DNA of 63,356 nt, filler included, from Rhabdomonas costata (lineage: Eukaryota): the NCBI GenBank assembly GCA_019059605.1. It is 33 parts of 33 records of this genome, joined end to end, with 100 filler letters (N's around TTAATTAATTAA, not from the genome) between each part and the next. Parts side by side here need not be neighbours in the genome. Positions count along the whole stretch, not along the records: positions 40,397 to 42,219 come from JAHMHO010008571.1; positions 42,320 to 44,141 come from JAHMHO010008572.1; positions 44,242 to 46,063 come from JAHMHO010008573.1; positions 46,164 to 47,985 come from JAHMHO010008574.1; positions 48,086 to 49,907 come from JAHMHO010008575.1; positions 50,008 to 51,829 come from JAHMHO010008576.1; positions 51,930 to 53,748 come from JAHMHO010008577.1; 26 more parts are not named here. The stretch is one strand, 5' to 3'. The notes below the pieces were generated by a model. The model was not told where the DNA came from and ran no database searches. It saw nothing but the letters and a program-made list of their open reading frames with translations. A program made the translations under genes and the position numbers. This document shows, one piece after another, positions 40,479 to 52,792 of the stretch. Numbering within the stretch: position 1 is the stretch's first letter; the number at the start of each line of letters is the position of its first letter.

Positions 40479-42219
40479 AAGGCCAGAAGGAGCTCGGTCT
40501 TGCCCGATCCCGGGGGGCCCAACTACCAGCGCGGGTTGCCCACAGCGCTGACACTGCAGCAGCACCTTCCACGCCTCTTCGATAGGCTTGGTAATGACAA
40601 AGGTGCGACGATTTTCACCGGCGCAAAGCTCAGCTTTACGGGAGGCCTTATTGTCGTCTGGTCGGACGAACACGAAGTTGGAGGTGCAGAAAGGGGTGCT
40701 CTTATGCGGCAGCTCAGCAGCCTGCGTCGCACTGCTGGGCACCTCGCTTGTCACGGGGCACTTTTCTCGGGCTGTGCTCTTTTTGTTCTTTTCCATCTTC
40801 TTATCCTCGATCAGCTTTCTGGCTTGTTCGCGGGCCTCTGGCTCGGAGAACACCTGGGAGATGAGGGCATAAACGGGTGGTGAAAGAACACAGGGCCGGA
40901 AGCCGAAGCTTTAGGAGGACTTTCTTATACAATAAGGCTATGCCCCGGCCCCACATCTCAACGGTCACTGAAACATCCGCCTATTGTGATGTGTTGTGCT
41001 AAAAAAAGACAGTGCAGAAGTACGCTCGGGGCAACGCTAAAGCTGGTGGAGTAAATATTGGGGTCAAGCGCAAATGTGATTGCTGTTTCTACCTCCCATT
41101 TTGCCTCTCTCTTTGCGCTTTGACCTCGATACCTCCCATAAATAGCCGCCATGGCACTTCAATCTGGAATGAAGGCTGCTCTGGCCCGTTGATACAAACG
41201 CGATACATACGTGCATCTGCTCACACACCTGCAAACACCCCTCGGTTGAGAGAGATACAAAGCCCCAGTTCCGAAGAGCACACCTGAGGGAGGACCAGGT
41301 GGGCAGCCTGGAACACGTCCAGGCCGGAGGAGAGTCTAGCCAGCCACATGATCTTCTGCAGGTCCCGCATGCTCAGCGGGGTCTCGTCCACCCCGAACCT
41401 CTCGGGGTGGGCGACAAACTCCTGAAATAGCCCCACCACGTCCTCGGCGGCGGCCCTGGGGGAGCCCCCGCACTGCACCTCGGGCAGGATGATCTCCGTC
41501 AGCTCCAGCTCGGAGAAGGCACCCCACTGGGCCACGGAGAAGTGGCTGAGCAGGGACACGGAGTGGCGGAAGCGCTTGCCGATGTACTGCCCCGTGCACG
41601 GGTTCTCCGCGGCGATGATGCGGAACTCGGGGTGCCGGGGAAGCCGCATCACGCCGTCCCCACCAACCCAGGGCGTGCCCGGAGCGAAGGCCCCCGGGAT
41701 CACCAGCACCCCCTGGGCCAAGGCCAGCTCAATGCATTGCAACACAGGGTCCGGAGCTGCGGAGCGAAAGTCAGAAGCACCCCTTCCGGTCATGTGGGAA
41801 CGGATGGTACCCAGCCCACAAGAAAGCCGCCGACTGCTGGTTTCGTGGTTTTTTTTTTGAAATTGGCGGGCAAAAGACTGCTGGACGCTGTTGCAGGCAA
41901 GGCTTTGCACCAATATCTGATTCCGGCTGACTTATCGTACTGACAAAAGATGTTGAACGTGTTATTTAATAAACCAGCGATGGAAAAACACATAAACACA
42001 CACACACACACACACACAAACACGGGCGCGCACACACGCACACCAAGGTTGAACTCATCCAAGAAAATCCAACAACCCGTCACGAAGGCATAGGCGAAGT
42101 GGCCCAGCTTGAAGGTAAAGTATGGACTGCCACCTCTGGGGCAGTGCACAACCAGTCGTCCCAGGAAGTCCTCCACGCAAAGGCTAGCGGACATCAGCAT
42201 CCGCAAGATGAACTTGTTC
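40440..42219 (-). CDS. Midasin/Rea1-like tandem AAA+ ATPase (MoxR-type modules), partial; exons 42219-42044, 41756-41284, 40853 to ~40440
   Basis: EDFLG, F.F..G....A...G.WIFLDEFNLAP..VL..IE, HPEFRIIAAENP, SMRDL.K, then the next Walker A GPPG(S)GKT with a 1-nt frameshift. Confidence 0.82.
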
Positions 42220-42581
42220 NNNNNNNNNNNNNNNNNNNNNNNNNNNNNNNNNNNNNNNNNNNNTTAATTAATTAANNNNNNNNNNNNNNNNNNNNNNNNN
42301 NNNNNNNNNNNNNNNNNNNTTTTGTGGGTTAACTTTCTGGGCAGAGATTCGCGATAGATCTCAATGGCGCATTAAACGAAGCCTCTGCACTCGCCCACTT
42401 TGGCCCTTAAACCAATGATGCATGTCGTCCTGCCTGAGATCACCATCTTCAAGCTGGAATTCACCAGCTCACGATAACTAATCTTTTAGATCCTTCTGTG
42501 CAGCTCACTAGTCAGGCTTCCCTATCTGTGAGCGCACACACCTGTGAGTATGGAGGTCCCCTCAGGGGCACGAACACTCAC

Positions 42582-44017
42582 AAACTGCCGCACGGTTGTG
42601 GGCACGCCCGAGCCCAAGTTGAGCAACTTGAACCGAGGCTCCTCCGAGCTACGAGCCCACATCTCCTCCGCGGCCATCACGTGCCCTGAGACAGCACAAA
42701 CCTCTGAAGATTTGTGCTGATACGAGTGACCCAGTGGACCTTGCAGCACAGCTATGTAAACTTCAAAAGTGGGGGAGAGACCAATGGAAGGATGTCCCAC
42801 AGGCGCAGGAATGCTTCAAAAAAACCCTCAACGTTCCTTACGAAACAAAACGTTGCCCAACTGCGGCAGCATGAGTCAGCACGGTGCAACGGCAGTTCGG
42901 CAAAGCACACGTAGAAAGCACCGAAACATAGAAACCAAAAGGTCACCATGCACGATGTTCGGCAGTGGGAAGGAGACATCAGTGACAGTAACATGGAAAA
43001 GGAAGTTCAAGAGTATATGCACACGAGAGCGGAATAAGAACAAGGTATCTTGGTAGGGGCAAACCTCGGGCTAAGTCCGACACGTGCATGAAATCACGAA
43101 CGCACGATCCGTCTTCCGTGGCATAGTCGCAGCCGTTGACTGCGACAGAGGGATCGCTGCTCGAAGACTCGGCCTGGAGGCACGATGAGAACGAGCGCTT
43201 CTGCCTTTTGAAGTAAGGGCAACTTAACTTGGGGCGAGGACAAACAGGGATCCCTTGAGATCGACCTTGGCAGAGAAAGGATGACCAATATTGGATGGCG
43301 ACAAACACAGCGGATCAATCGGAAATGGAGCGGAAAGCATCTACATATCTAATCCTTTTCACTCCAGCAGGAAGTATTCAATTTTTATGACCCTCTCCCA
43401 GTTTAAAATCCCAATTAAAATCCCAAAAACGATTATGCAAACAACAAAGGGTGTGAACTGCAGCTTAGATCTTTGCGGGTCGGGGGCACCGGCAAAAAGA
43501 CCCACCTGAAGAAGCCCCTCGACTAACTTCGACGGCAGTCTTGCAGGCAGGATCTCCTTGTGGGGCGTCTGCAAAGCGACGAGACGAATGGTCTGAAAGT
43601 TGCCATTGGAAAAGTCATGGAGAGGCACAGGATACTTTCCGGCTTGAATATTGTCATCAGAAGATGACAGGGTGCATATGCACACAACAAAACATAAACC
43701 AGCGTTAGAATTCGGTCGGCCAAAGCATCCAAGATAAGAACCAGCGATGAACGATGGGAAGGAGTCACCCACTTACAAAATGATGCGCCACAGGGCAAAA
43801 GAGAAAGATACAAGACGACAGATTTCGAACGATGCCCTGTCAGCCAGGTTTCAGCAAGAACGCTGCACACGAAAGAAGAACAAGCTGCAAAAAAGAATGA
43901 AGGCCACAGGGCCGAGGGGGCGAGGGCCGGGGGATGGCTGACCCCAAAGGGGTTGAAGCACCGCAAGCAAGTCATCTTCCACGGGCTCCCTGCAGCCACT
44001 GCAATGTCTCGTAGCAC
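42582..44017 (-). CDS. galE: UDP-glucose 4-epimerase-like extended SDR, partial; exons 44017-43943, 43568-43506, 43173-43065, 42685-42582
   Basis: LRCFNPFG, G.DY.T.DGSCVRDFMHVSDLARGHV.A, NLGSG...TV; junctions in phase. Confidence 0.8.
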
Positions 44018-44264
44018 CTGACCGCCAAGGGCAGAACGGCTGACGTAAGGAACCGACAAGCACCGCACTACCGGTCAACGAAAAGTCGCGACGGACGTGG
44101 CAAAGGGCGGCCCCAAACCCCAACCACCCACACCCACCACANNNNNNNNNNNNNNNNNNNNNNNNNNNNNNNNNNNNNNNNNNNNTTAATTAATTAANNN
44201 NNNNNNNNNNNNNNNNNNNNNNNNNNNNNNNNNNNNNNNNNGGGGGGTGGGGTCGAGAGAGAAA

Positions 44265-45011
44265 TCAAGAGACCGTGCGGCCGGGGTTGTCATCCTCCTC
44301 CTGGAAGCTGGAGGGCTGTTGGGAGGAGTCCTCGCTGGAGACCAGAAGCGGGGGGGAGGCCACCGTGGACTCCTCCAGGGTGGCCGGGGTGCACGTGATC
44401 TCATCCATGGTACCTAGACACTCCAGGCGGGAGTTCTGGCCATCCATCACCAGCACGTTCCGGGACACCGTGTACTTTCCCCTGGGAAGTTGACCCAGCC
44501 CACAACATCTCTCCCATGGATGTGAAGTGAGGGTAACTGAAGATGTTCGTCAAAAAAAAATGCCCAACCACTGTCGCCACAACCTCAAAAAATGCGGAAA
44601 GCAAGACTACATGACGTCGGTTCCACGCACCATGACACAAGACTCACCGAAATTCACGTCTATCCCACATTTGAGGCAACCATTCTTTGTACGCTTCTCA
44701 TGGACATAATAGAAGTTGGCGTCAAGGTAGGTTTTCGGTGTCGGGGAGGAGGTATACGGCCAAGTGGTAGGGTCCGCTTCCAGGGTAGAAACCCGAGCCC
44801 GGACTTCCGCCAAGTCCGCCTTGGCCTTGGCGAGCTGCTCGTTCAGCTCGGCCACTCGCGCCTGCAATGCGGCCATCTCGGCGGCATCTGCGGCCGCGTC
44901 CCTTTGGGGTTGCGGGGTAGAGCTGGCCAGGGGGCTTGCCGGCCGGGCCACGGTGGAGGAGGAGTGGGAGCAAGACAGGGCCTGGAAGGGCTGCAGCACT
45001 CGGTTTAGCAT
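44265..45011 (-). CDS. Hypothetical protein with a short coiled coil, N-terminal exons
   Basis: cag|aATG start; AEMAALQARVAELNEQLAKAKADLAEVRARV heptads; second exon LPRGKYTVSRNVLVMDG. Confidence 0.5.
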
Positions 45012-46734
45012 TCTGTGTGTCTATTTGTCTCCGATCGGGTTCCAGCCCCCGACGAGAGAAAGGGAAAGAAAAAGAGGGTGGTTTGCGGATTCTACGGAGT
45101 GCCGAGTTGCTAGCACGCCATTCGGATTCGAAGGAAGGATGAGAGAGAGAGAGAGAACAGCTAAAGCAATCGAAAAAAAAAAAGGCCGGAGCCGCTTTGT
45201 GAGCCCGTCCGCTGGATGGGGATGTTCTCACAAGGGGATGGGTGACGTTAATTGGAAAAAAGATCAAATGAGTAATACCACAGAGGCTGCAAGAGAAGGA
45301 GGCGATGCAGATACGAAAACCACGGCACTGTGTCACCACAGTTCAGTGAATACAACGCCAGCATTAAAAAGGAAGCCCGCTGTGCTCCAGGTATTGGATG
45401 TGAGCATCCGCCCCTTCCTTTACAACTCTTTTCCCCCTCACCGCTTCCATGCGGCAAAATGACACACCAGGTGCAAACGCGCTAAGCCCTCCCTGCGGCC
45501 TTTGCTCAGTACAGTATCCTTTCTGATCACTGCGTTGCCCTTTCTTGGTGTGCGTTTGTGCCACCCCGCAGCCCCATTTCGGGGCAGAATATATAGCAGA
45601 GCAGGAAACTTCCCCAGCTTCCCGATGTACTCCGAAAGCTACAGCAGAGCGCGACACGAAACCTCGAGGGACACGGAGAGGAGTTCAGTGCAATTGCCAA
45701 AGCAATCCTGTCAAAGCAATGCGGGACCCGCTCTTTTCAAACCATACAGCCCACGAAGGCTGTTTCTTATTTTTCTTTGCGCAACGTGTGGCATACGCTT
45801 GCGGCGGAGAGTTTCTCAACAGCACCCACAGCGAACTCCTGTTCCCCTAAAGGGGGGACAAAGTGCCACAGGTTTATCAAAATTGAGTGCAAAAATACTG
45901 CTAACGCGAAGTTGATAAGTCAAAGGTGAAGCCTCAAGTTAAAGGTACTTAACCGCCTGCCTTGGTGAACTCAGACAAACCCAGCGCCGACCCTTCCACG
46001 AGGATTGCAAACGCTGCACCTTCATACAACCACCTCACACTCTGTTGATGGCCCCCACCAACCNNNNNNNNNNNNNNNNNNNNNNNNNNNNNNNNNNNNN
46101 NNNNNNNTTAATTAATTAANNNNNNNNNNNNNNNNNNNNNNNNNNNNNNNNNNNNNNNNNNNNAAATTCCCCCCCCCCCCCCCGCCAAAAAAAACCGTGT
46201 GGACACTTTGCTCTCTGCTACTGGCCGAGGTCGAGATTCGGAACAGAAACCCTTGATATGATGATGTCATGTTGTGGGCCGTGCTACGCAGATTGCAGTT
46301 CTCGGAGGTATGGGTGGGGTTTGGGATCTCCTGAAAAGTGGGGACAGAGGGTCTTGGGTATGAACGTTTCAAACACGTGGCAGATCTAATTTGTTTTTGT
46401 GTGCAGCAGACGTTTTGGTTTCTGGAATTCTGTGAGTAACGTTTTCCAGAGATCTTATTTTTCCCAGACACAGGAGCCAAGAAAAAGTGTATTGTAACCC
46501 CACGCCGCCGACAGTGCCGAACTACTCCCCACAGCTCTCGCGTCAGTCGTGTTTCCTGCTCATGGGATAAAAGCAAAAGCTGGATCGGATTTTTTCCGTG
46601 GCTCATCCCACCAGGAGGAAATGGGTGTGGTGACGGTCGCTCTAAACACTACCAAAGGTTCTTCTGGCCGGCACCCACTGTTTTTCGCTTTTCCTGCCTT
46701 TCCTTCGGTGTGTAGTCCGTGTTGGCCCCCACAG

Positions 46735-47614
46735 GACGACTTCGAGCTCTGTACCGGGCCCCTCAGTGGACTGCTGGCCCTACAGTACCTCACTCTTCGG
46801 GCCTCCGAGATGGAGCCGGTTTCTTCGCACACCTGGGTGGGATGACGACGTCTTATCTTTTTGCCCCAATCGACCACTGCCCTCTCAATAAATATTTTCA
46901 CATGTTGTATGATTGCTGTTGGCAGGAAATTATTAAGCCAATTTTTTCGATAACGTTTGGCCGTCAAATGACTCTTTCCAATGGAGCAGTGACTGGGGTC
47001 GTTCTCCCATCCGAGCGTGCACGTACATTTGAATTCCCGCGTCTGTGCAGCTTGAGCAATGCTTTCGCCATCAACGTGCCATGATGACCGCATGCCCCTC
47101 CTTTCACCTGCAACAGGATTGGATTGCTCTGCGGTGCTCCTACGGAATGAGCGGTTTGTGCGCGGTGTTGGTGTTCTTCCCCTTGTCTTCTCCGCTGCAA
47201 TACCACCAAGCTTCACGGTTTTTTTGCGCTTTCCCAGTTGTACAGTTTCTCTTTTGAAGTCAAAGCTCCCTGCTGGCATCGCAGTTGCGTCTTCTTCACT
47301 CCCCGTTCGGTCAGACAATGGATCGCGTCTTGCCCTGCTTGTGTTTTTGCCTGAATAAATGTTACTAATTAAAGATATTGTTGCGAACCTTCACGAAACC
47401 CCGCAGAAAATGTGCGAGGAATGATGCCCTGTTCAAACCTTCAGACTGCCTTTCCTTTGCAGAGTGAACTTTCAAACATCATTGGCACCTCTGGCCTACA
47501 CCCCACTCACCCTCGTGTTGGGCTTCAGGTGTTGTGCTGAAGCAGGGCGATCTCAGCAAGTTCCGCGAGTATCTCCGGCACCACTGTCACAGGCGGCCTC
47601 CTGACCATCTCCTG
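46735..47614 (+). CDS. GT-A glycosyltransferase-like protein (GT54/MGAT4-like), partial; exons 46735-46836, 47117-47153, 47529-47614
   Basis: In-phase splice gives DDFELC..WDWIALRCSYGMSGVVLKQGDLSKFREYL..RPPDHLL. Confidence 0.55.
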
Positions 47615-48085
47615 GTGAGTGGTTGTGTATGGGCGCACCTGCGCACATGTGCCCGGTGTGGCCGCGACGAAAGGCGGCCTCTTCGGCCTCAGCACCTGCA
47701 ACAGACCAGACTCTGCATTTCATCCGTGAACTGAGACGAGAGAATTGGTTTCGCGTTTCCAAAACCATATGCACGTCATTTCCGGAAATTAAAAAGATCG
47801 GTGTACTGGTGTACTGCACCTTAAACGCGAGACTGTAAACATGAAGTGAGATTGGGAGCTGGAAACTTGGACCAAGCAACGGGGCTAAAATTGCCTAATG
47901 CCAATATCTGAGCGATAATATGGAGGGATCGAGTGATGGGCCGGTTGAAGCACTGGGAGAACCGGGGGGGGGGCAAATGGCCGGGNNNNNNNNNNNNNNN
48001 NNNNNNNNNNNNNNNNNNNNNNNNNNNNNTTAATTAATTAANNNNNNNNNNNNNNNNNNNNNNNNNNNNNNNNNNNNNNNNNNNN

Positions 48086-48874
48086 CAGAACGGCGTCCCT
48101 CAGCGTGGACGCCAAGACGCCGTACTCCAGCGTGCTGTCGGGCCAGAAGCAGAAGTTCAGGCCATCGAGGACGAGGAGGTACTGCGCCGTGAGCTCAGGG
48201 CGGTGCATGTCTCGGAGGTGCACCTAAAACGGGGAGTGCGAGGAAGAAGAGCCGCTAAACGCGACTCATTGGTTAACTCGGATTGCGTCGAGAACGACGA
48301 GAAGCGTCGACTGTCACGCTTGTGCCGTGACATGAGGTTTCTTATATACATAGCGCTTTAGCGCTTATGTTTCTTTCTTGTATTCCAAGAGACCCCCGTT
48401 ATGGTTTTTATCAACCATGTGCGAGGGATGATTCTTGTATGATTGGCCGTTTATGGTTTTCAAAGTGATTTGCTCGGCGGTGAAGCGGTGTTATTGTGGG
48501 ACTGCATGCCGGGGAACTTCAGGATTCGCAGTGAGCCAGACTGCCGGCGGCTGCTGAGCACAGTATCTCGAACAAAGGTTCTCTTGCAGAGCTCTCGAAT
48601 TCAGAAAGCAGAACTAAGAGGTAATACCTGAAAATCAAGATGCTTACACGTATCGATGGGAATCTACGGCACAATGGTTGCCGCAGGCGGCCTTAGCGGG
48701 CATACTCACCAGTTCGTGGTCCCACAGGACAGGAGCCTCTGGATGTGGGATGGCCTGGATCTTCCCTGCCAGAGAGGCCGCGGCCTTCTGCAACGCCCCG
48801 AGGTCGATAAAGACATGCTGAGCTTCGGCCACAACCTCTTGCGTCGTCTGCCTCACATCCACCAACGGCTGCAT
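48086..48874 (-). CDS. QNG1: Queuosine salvage protein (DUF2419/C9orf64 family), N-terminal exons 48874-48710 and 48223-48086
   Basis: VRQTT..V...A.HV.ID, W...H, QYLLVLDGLNFCFWP...EY..LA..L. Confidence 0.9.
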
Positions 48875-50144
48875 CTCTTTGCAGCTCACCAAAGAAAGGT
48901 TTTCAAAGCCAGCAAGTTGGAAACCTCTGCAAACAGATGGACCGGTATGCCATCGGAGTGAGTAGGGGACATTGCAGCCCACGTCTCATTGAGCACGAGA
49001 CACCTCGATTGCACTTTACCATTGGCCATTAGTAGTGCCTGGGCAGCCAACACAAAAGCGCAAATGCAGTGGTAAGTCCTTCCCAAAGAAACAGAAAACC
49101 TCCCAAAACGAAGCACTGCGGACCACCACGGATTTTACTCAGTATGAAACTGAGGTGTATGGCAGTCTCATCTTGTGCATAGGAAGCAAGGGCACGCCTG
49201 AGTTTGCGAAGAGATGTCACAGCCTCTGCGTCAGAAGTAGTGGCGTGGCTTCTGCTTTCACAGAAGCAGCCTGCTCTCCTGATGCACTAATGCACTAGTG
49301 GAGGAGAATTACTGCGATGAGGAAGCGGATGGAGCTGCGCTGGCGAATGTCAAGTTCACGGGATGAGCATCTTATTTTCCGAACGAGTCTGGGAGCAAAA
49401 GCACCCCTCAGGGACGACCTATACGCCTTAAAAAAGACGCCATGTATTAAGCAGCACCAAAACTTTGGCGTCACTGCACAGCTCCACCAATAATGGTGCC
49501 CAGGACATGTGACCCAGGGTGGTGTGTTCCCCCCTATGGTTCTTTCAGGGTTCCTAACGAAGTCCTTGAGGGACTACCAGGCGGGTTCTTCCCACTTCCA
49601 ATTGGCAGGTTCCGCAGTACACTTCCTCCCTTGGCCCGCTTCTGTGGAGGCATATGGTCCAAATAGCACAGGGCGGCTCTGATGAGCTCTGAGGGGAGAA
49701 GGAGGTTCGTAAACTCATCAACAAGATCTGGACGTCGCTAGCCCGTACAACCTTCGGAGGCCCCTCAAGGTTGAGAGATGGGGGCAGCTCAGGCCTGCGG
49801 CACCGTTGAAAGTCCCAGTGAAGCCTTCATGAGCCCGAAGCTTGAGGTGAGCGGGGATGAGCGCGAGGCGAATGGAAAGGAGATATCTTATCCGAAAACA
49901 CACACCCNNNNNNNNNNNNNNNNNNNNNNNNNNNNNNNNNNNNNNNNNNNNTTAATTAATTAANNNNNNNNNNNNNNNNNNNNNNNNNNNNNNNNNNNNN
50001 NNNNNNNGTGTTGTGGAGCCGCGGATGCTTCCTTTCGATTTCCTTTCTCTTGCACTTGACGATTGCGAAGATCTTTCCTGGGCCCCAGGCTTCCTTCATA
50101 ATCCCTGGAATGTAATAATACGCGTATTGTTGGTTTTCCTGCAG

Positions 50145-51285
50145 GTTGACTTCGCGCTGACCACGCTGCCGCCGACTCTTCCAGAGGCTGACATGATGCA
50201 CTTGCCGCTCATTGTGCATCCGATGGTGGGCGGCTTTTCCTCCCCACTCTATGCTCCTTGCTCTTTGAAGGCGGTCTCTATCGTATGCATCTACTCATTT
50301 GTACGATATGCGGTGGGGTTGCCTCGTGTGATTTGTGTCTGGATGAAGTATTGTTCCTTTTTGTGTGTGCAGTTTTGTCCTTCAAGGCGTTAGTGTACAA
50401 CTTGCCCAACGTGACCACCAGGCTTGTGCTCTCCAAAGAGGCACTGGTGCAGATCTGGACAGGTCCCGTCCCTCACCTTTCCCTGTCGTTCTAAAGCAGG
50501 CAACACCCCAAGAAAGAGAGAGAACACTGCGCAACATTTTCCGATGTGACGTTTTATATCCCGGTGGACACTTTTATCTGGCGAACTCAAAAATTACGAT
50601 TGTGAGAAATATAGCGTGCACCAAACACCAGTTTCTCCCCTAGAAAACTCCTGAAAACCCAAATTTAGACCAAAAAACGTTAAAACTTGGCTTGAAAACA
50701 CACTCAAATTAAGATAAGGGCGAAGTTCAGGTGCTTTGGGATACCAACGAGCTCGGTTGACAATGTTTTTTTGGGGTATGCTTTTGGCACAAAGAGAGGT
50801 CACCGCCTTTTGCAGCACAGTGATTTTTCTCCCCCCGAAAAACCTCTGGTAAGTCCCTAAGTGTCTCATTTTTTTTTTGCACAAAAAGGCACCAAACGAG
50901 AGCGTCATACGTTCGCCAAATAAAAGTGTCCACAGCGATATAACCTCTATTTTCATGACTTTCACGACTTTTGTGATTTTTTGATATCCTTTTCCAAAGG
51001 ATATCAATATCCAAAGGATAAAGAGCAATTACGAAGATCCCCCCCCCCAACACACACAGCATGACCTAGTTTCTCGAGATGTGGTGCCGTTGCAGGCGGC
51101 AGCTGAGCTAGCAAGAACCAAGAAATGGCAAAGGTAATGAGTTCTCAGGGCTGATGTCACGGGCGCCCCCTCGAACGTTACCTTCTTTCGCAGGGGAAAT
51201 CTCGACATGGTCTGACGCTGCTCTGGTGAGCCTAAACCCGTCTCTCAGCCTGCCCAACATACCGATCATCCTGGTGATGAAGCAG
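50145..51285 (+). CDS. PstS-like periplasmic-binding-protein domain, partial; exons 50145-50225, 50387-50462, 51194-51285
   Basis: VDFA..P..ALVYNLP...LVLSKEALVQIWTGEISTWSD..L..LNPSLSLPNIPI; junctions in phase. Confidence 0.85.
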
Positions 51286-51929
51286 GTGTGCCTGTGCACG
51301 TGTGCTCGTTTTCCTGGATGCTGCAACAGGAACCAAACCCCGCCCGACCTGAGACGTTCTGTGGGTGGTGGTGGGGATGCACTGTTCGATTTGGACTGAC
51401 ACGGATTTTGCCGTAGACCTGCCCCGTTGTGGTTCCAGGGACACCCCCAGACCCAACCTCTCTTATACTTTACATGACGCATATTACAAAGTACAAAGCG
51501 AAAGATTCACACCGAAAATTTGTAGAGCTCTATCAACCGATTGGGATACCCATTGGGATATGTAGCCGGCTTTCGCATAGGCCAGTCCCTTCTGTAGCTG
51601 AAATGGCGAGTACTACGTCAGGGAGGTCAGCCCTGACGCCGCCTCTTAAACCTGCACAGAAACGTACCGCCACACAACTTCAAGGTAGACCACCTATTGC
51701 GGACAAACCAGGTTCAAACGCGTGAGACCTATAACATGGCACCAGCCTTCACTGTGTGATTTCAAGCGTGGCCTAACCCGCAAAACCACAGGCTACAATT
51801 CAAACAACCAACCAAACACACCCCAACACNNNNNNNNNNNNNNNNNNNNNNNNNNNNNNNNNNNNNNNNNNNNTTAATTAATTAANNNNNNNNNNNNNNN
51901 NNNNNNNNNNNNNNNNNNNNNNNNNNNNN

Positions 51930-52792
51930 TGTTGATGTGTTGCCTTTTTAGTCCACACTTTCGTAGCTTTAGGATATTCTTGGCGCCATGAGGTAGGCTT
52001 TTCTAACAACGTTTTTGACGTTTTAGGCTCTTATTTCCTTCGAGCTGATGGTATTGGTAAGGGGTCAATTACCGTCGGAAAGGATCGTGTGCAACAGTGT
52101 TAAGTGCCATTTTCCTGGGCTCCATATACTGGTAAGAAGGCATTTTTAGGATGGGGGGTCAGTGTCTGCTGTAAATACGCTGTGGGTGCTATCGTCAAAC
52201 CCTCCACTTCGAAGGGGCCAGAAGCGGAACAAAATCAAGAAAGGAAAGTATCCCTCGTAATACTCCGTCCGAGGGTCCAAGGGGGAAAGCACCGTCTCCG
52301 CTGCGTTTTGGGAGGCCTGTATAAAAGACTTATAAAGGCCTTTTTCGGCTGAGCGGCTTTTTCCCTGCCCATTTGCTCCGCTTCTTTTTCTAGCTGAGGT
52401 TTTACAACAGCACAAAAAACCACCACGCCCCTAACCCCACTCTGAACGGGGCCAGGTAAAGGGTTCGCGGCCGCCTGAAGCCCACCAAAATCACACGGTA
52501 CTCAGGTACTCAGCAGCAGGGGCCAGCGTATGAACCTGGGACTGAGGGATGGAAAAGGTATTATTTCGCTGAAATCGGGTGCTAGTTAGTGTCCCACTTG
52601 TCTTTTCGTCCCACTGAGTCACTGCACTCCCTTTGTTGTGGTTGATGTGCTGCTTTTTTAGTCCACTTTCGCAGCTTTAGGATATTCTTGGCGCCACGAG
52701 GTAAGCTTTCTAATAACACACTGTTGTTTTAGGCTCTTATTTCCTTCGAGCTGATGGTACTGGTGAGCGGTCAATCACCGTCGGAAAGGATC
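51930..52792 (+). repeat. Imperfect direct repeat of about 155 bp (51930-52086 and 52641-52792)
   Basis: Near-identical copies sharing ctttaggatattcttggcgcca and ttttaggctcttatttccttcgagctgatggta. Confidence 0.9.

Noticed and set aside
49033..49509. hAT MITE bounded by CCTGGGCA inverted ends
   Set aside because: Only an 8-bp core match and no 8-bp target-site duplication
49468..49520. HDV-like ribozyme resembling the trypanosome L1Tc/ingi 77-nt signature
   Set aside because: Shares only ccacc..tggtg.ccagg; the P1/P2 pseudoknot pairings could not be built
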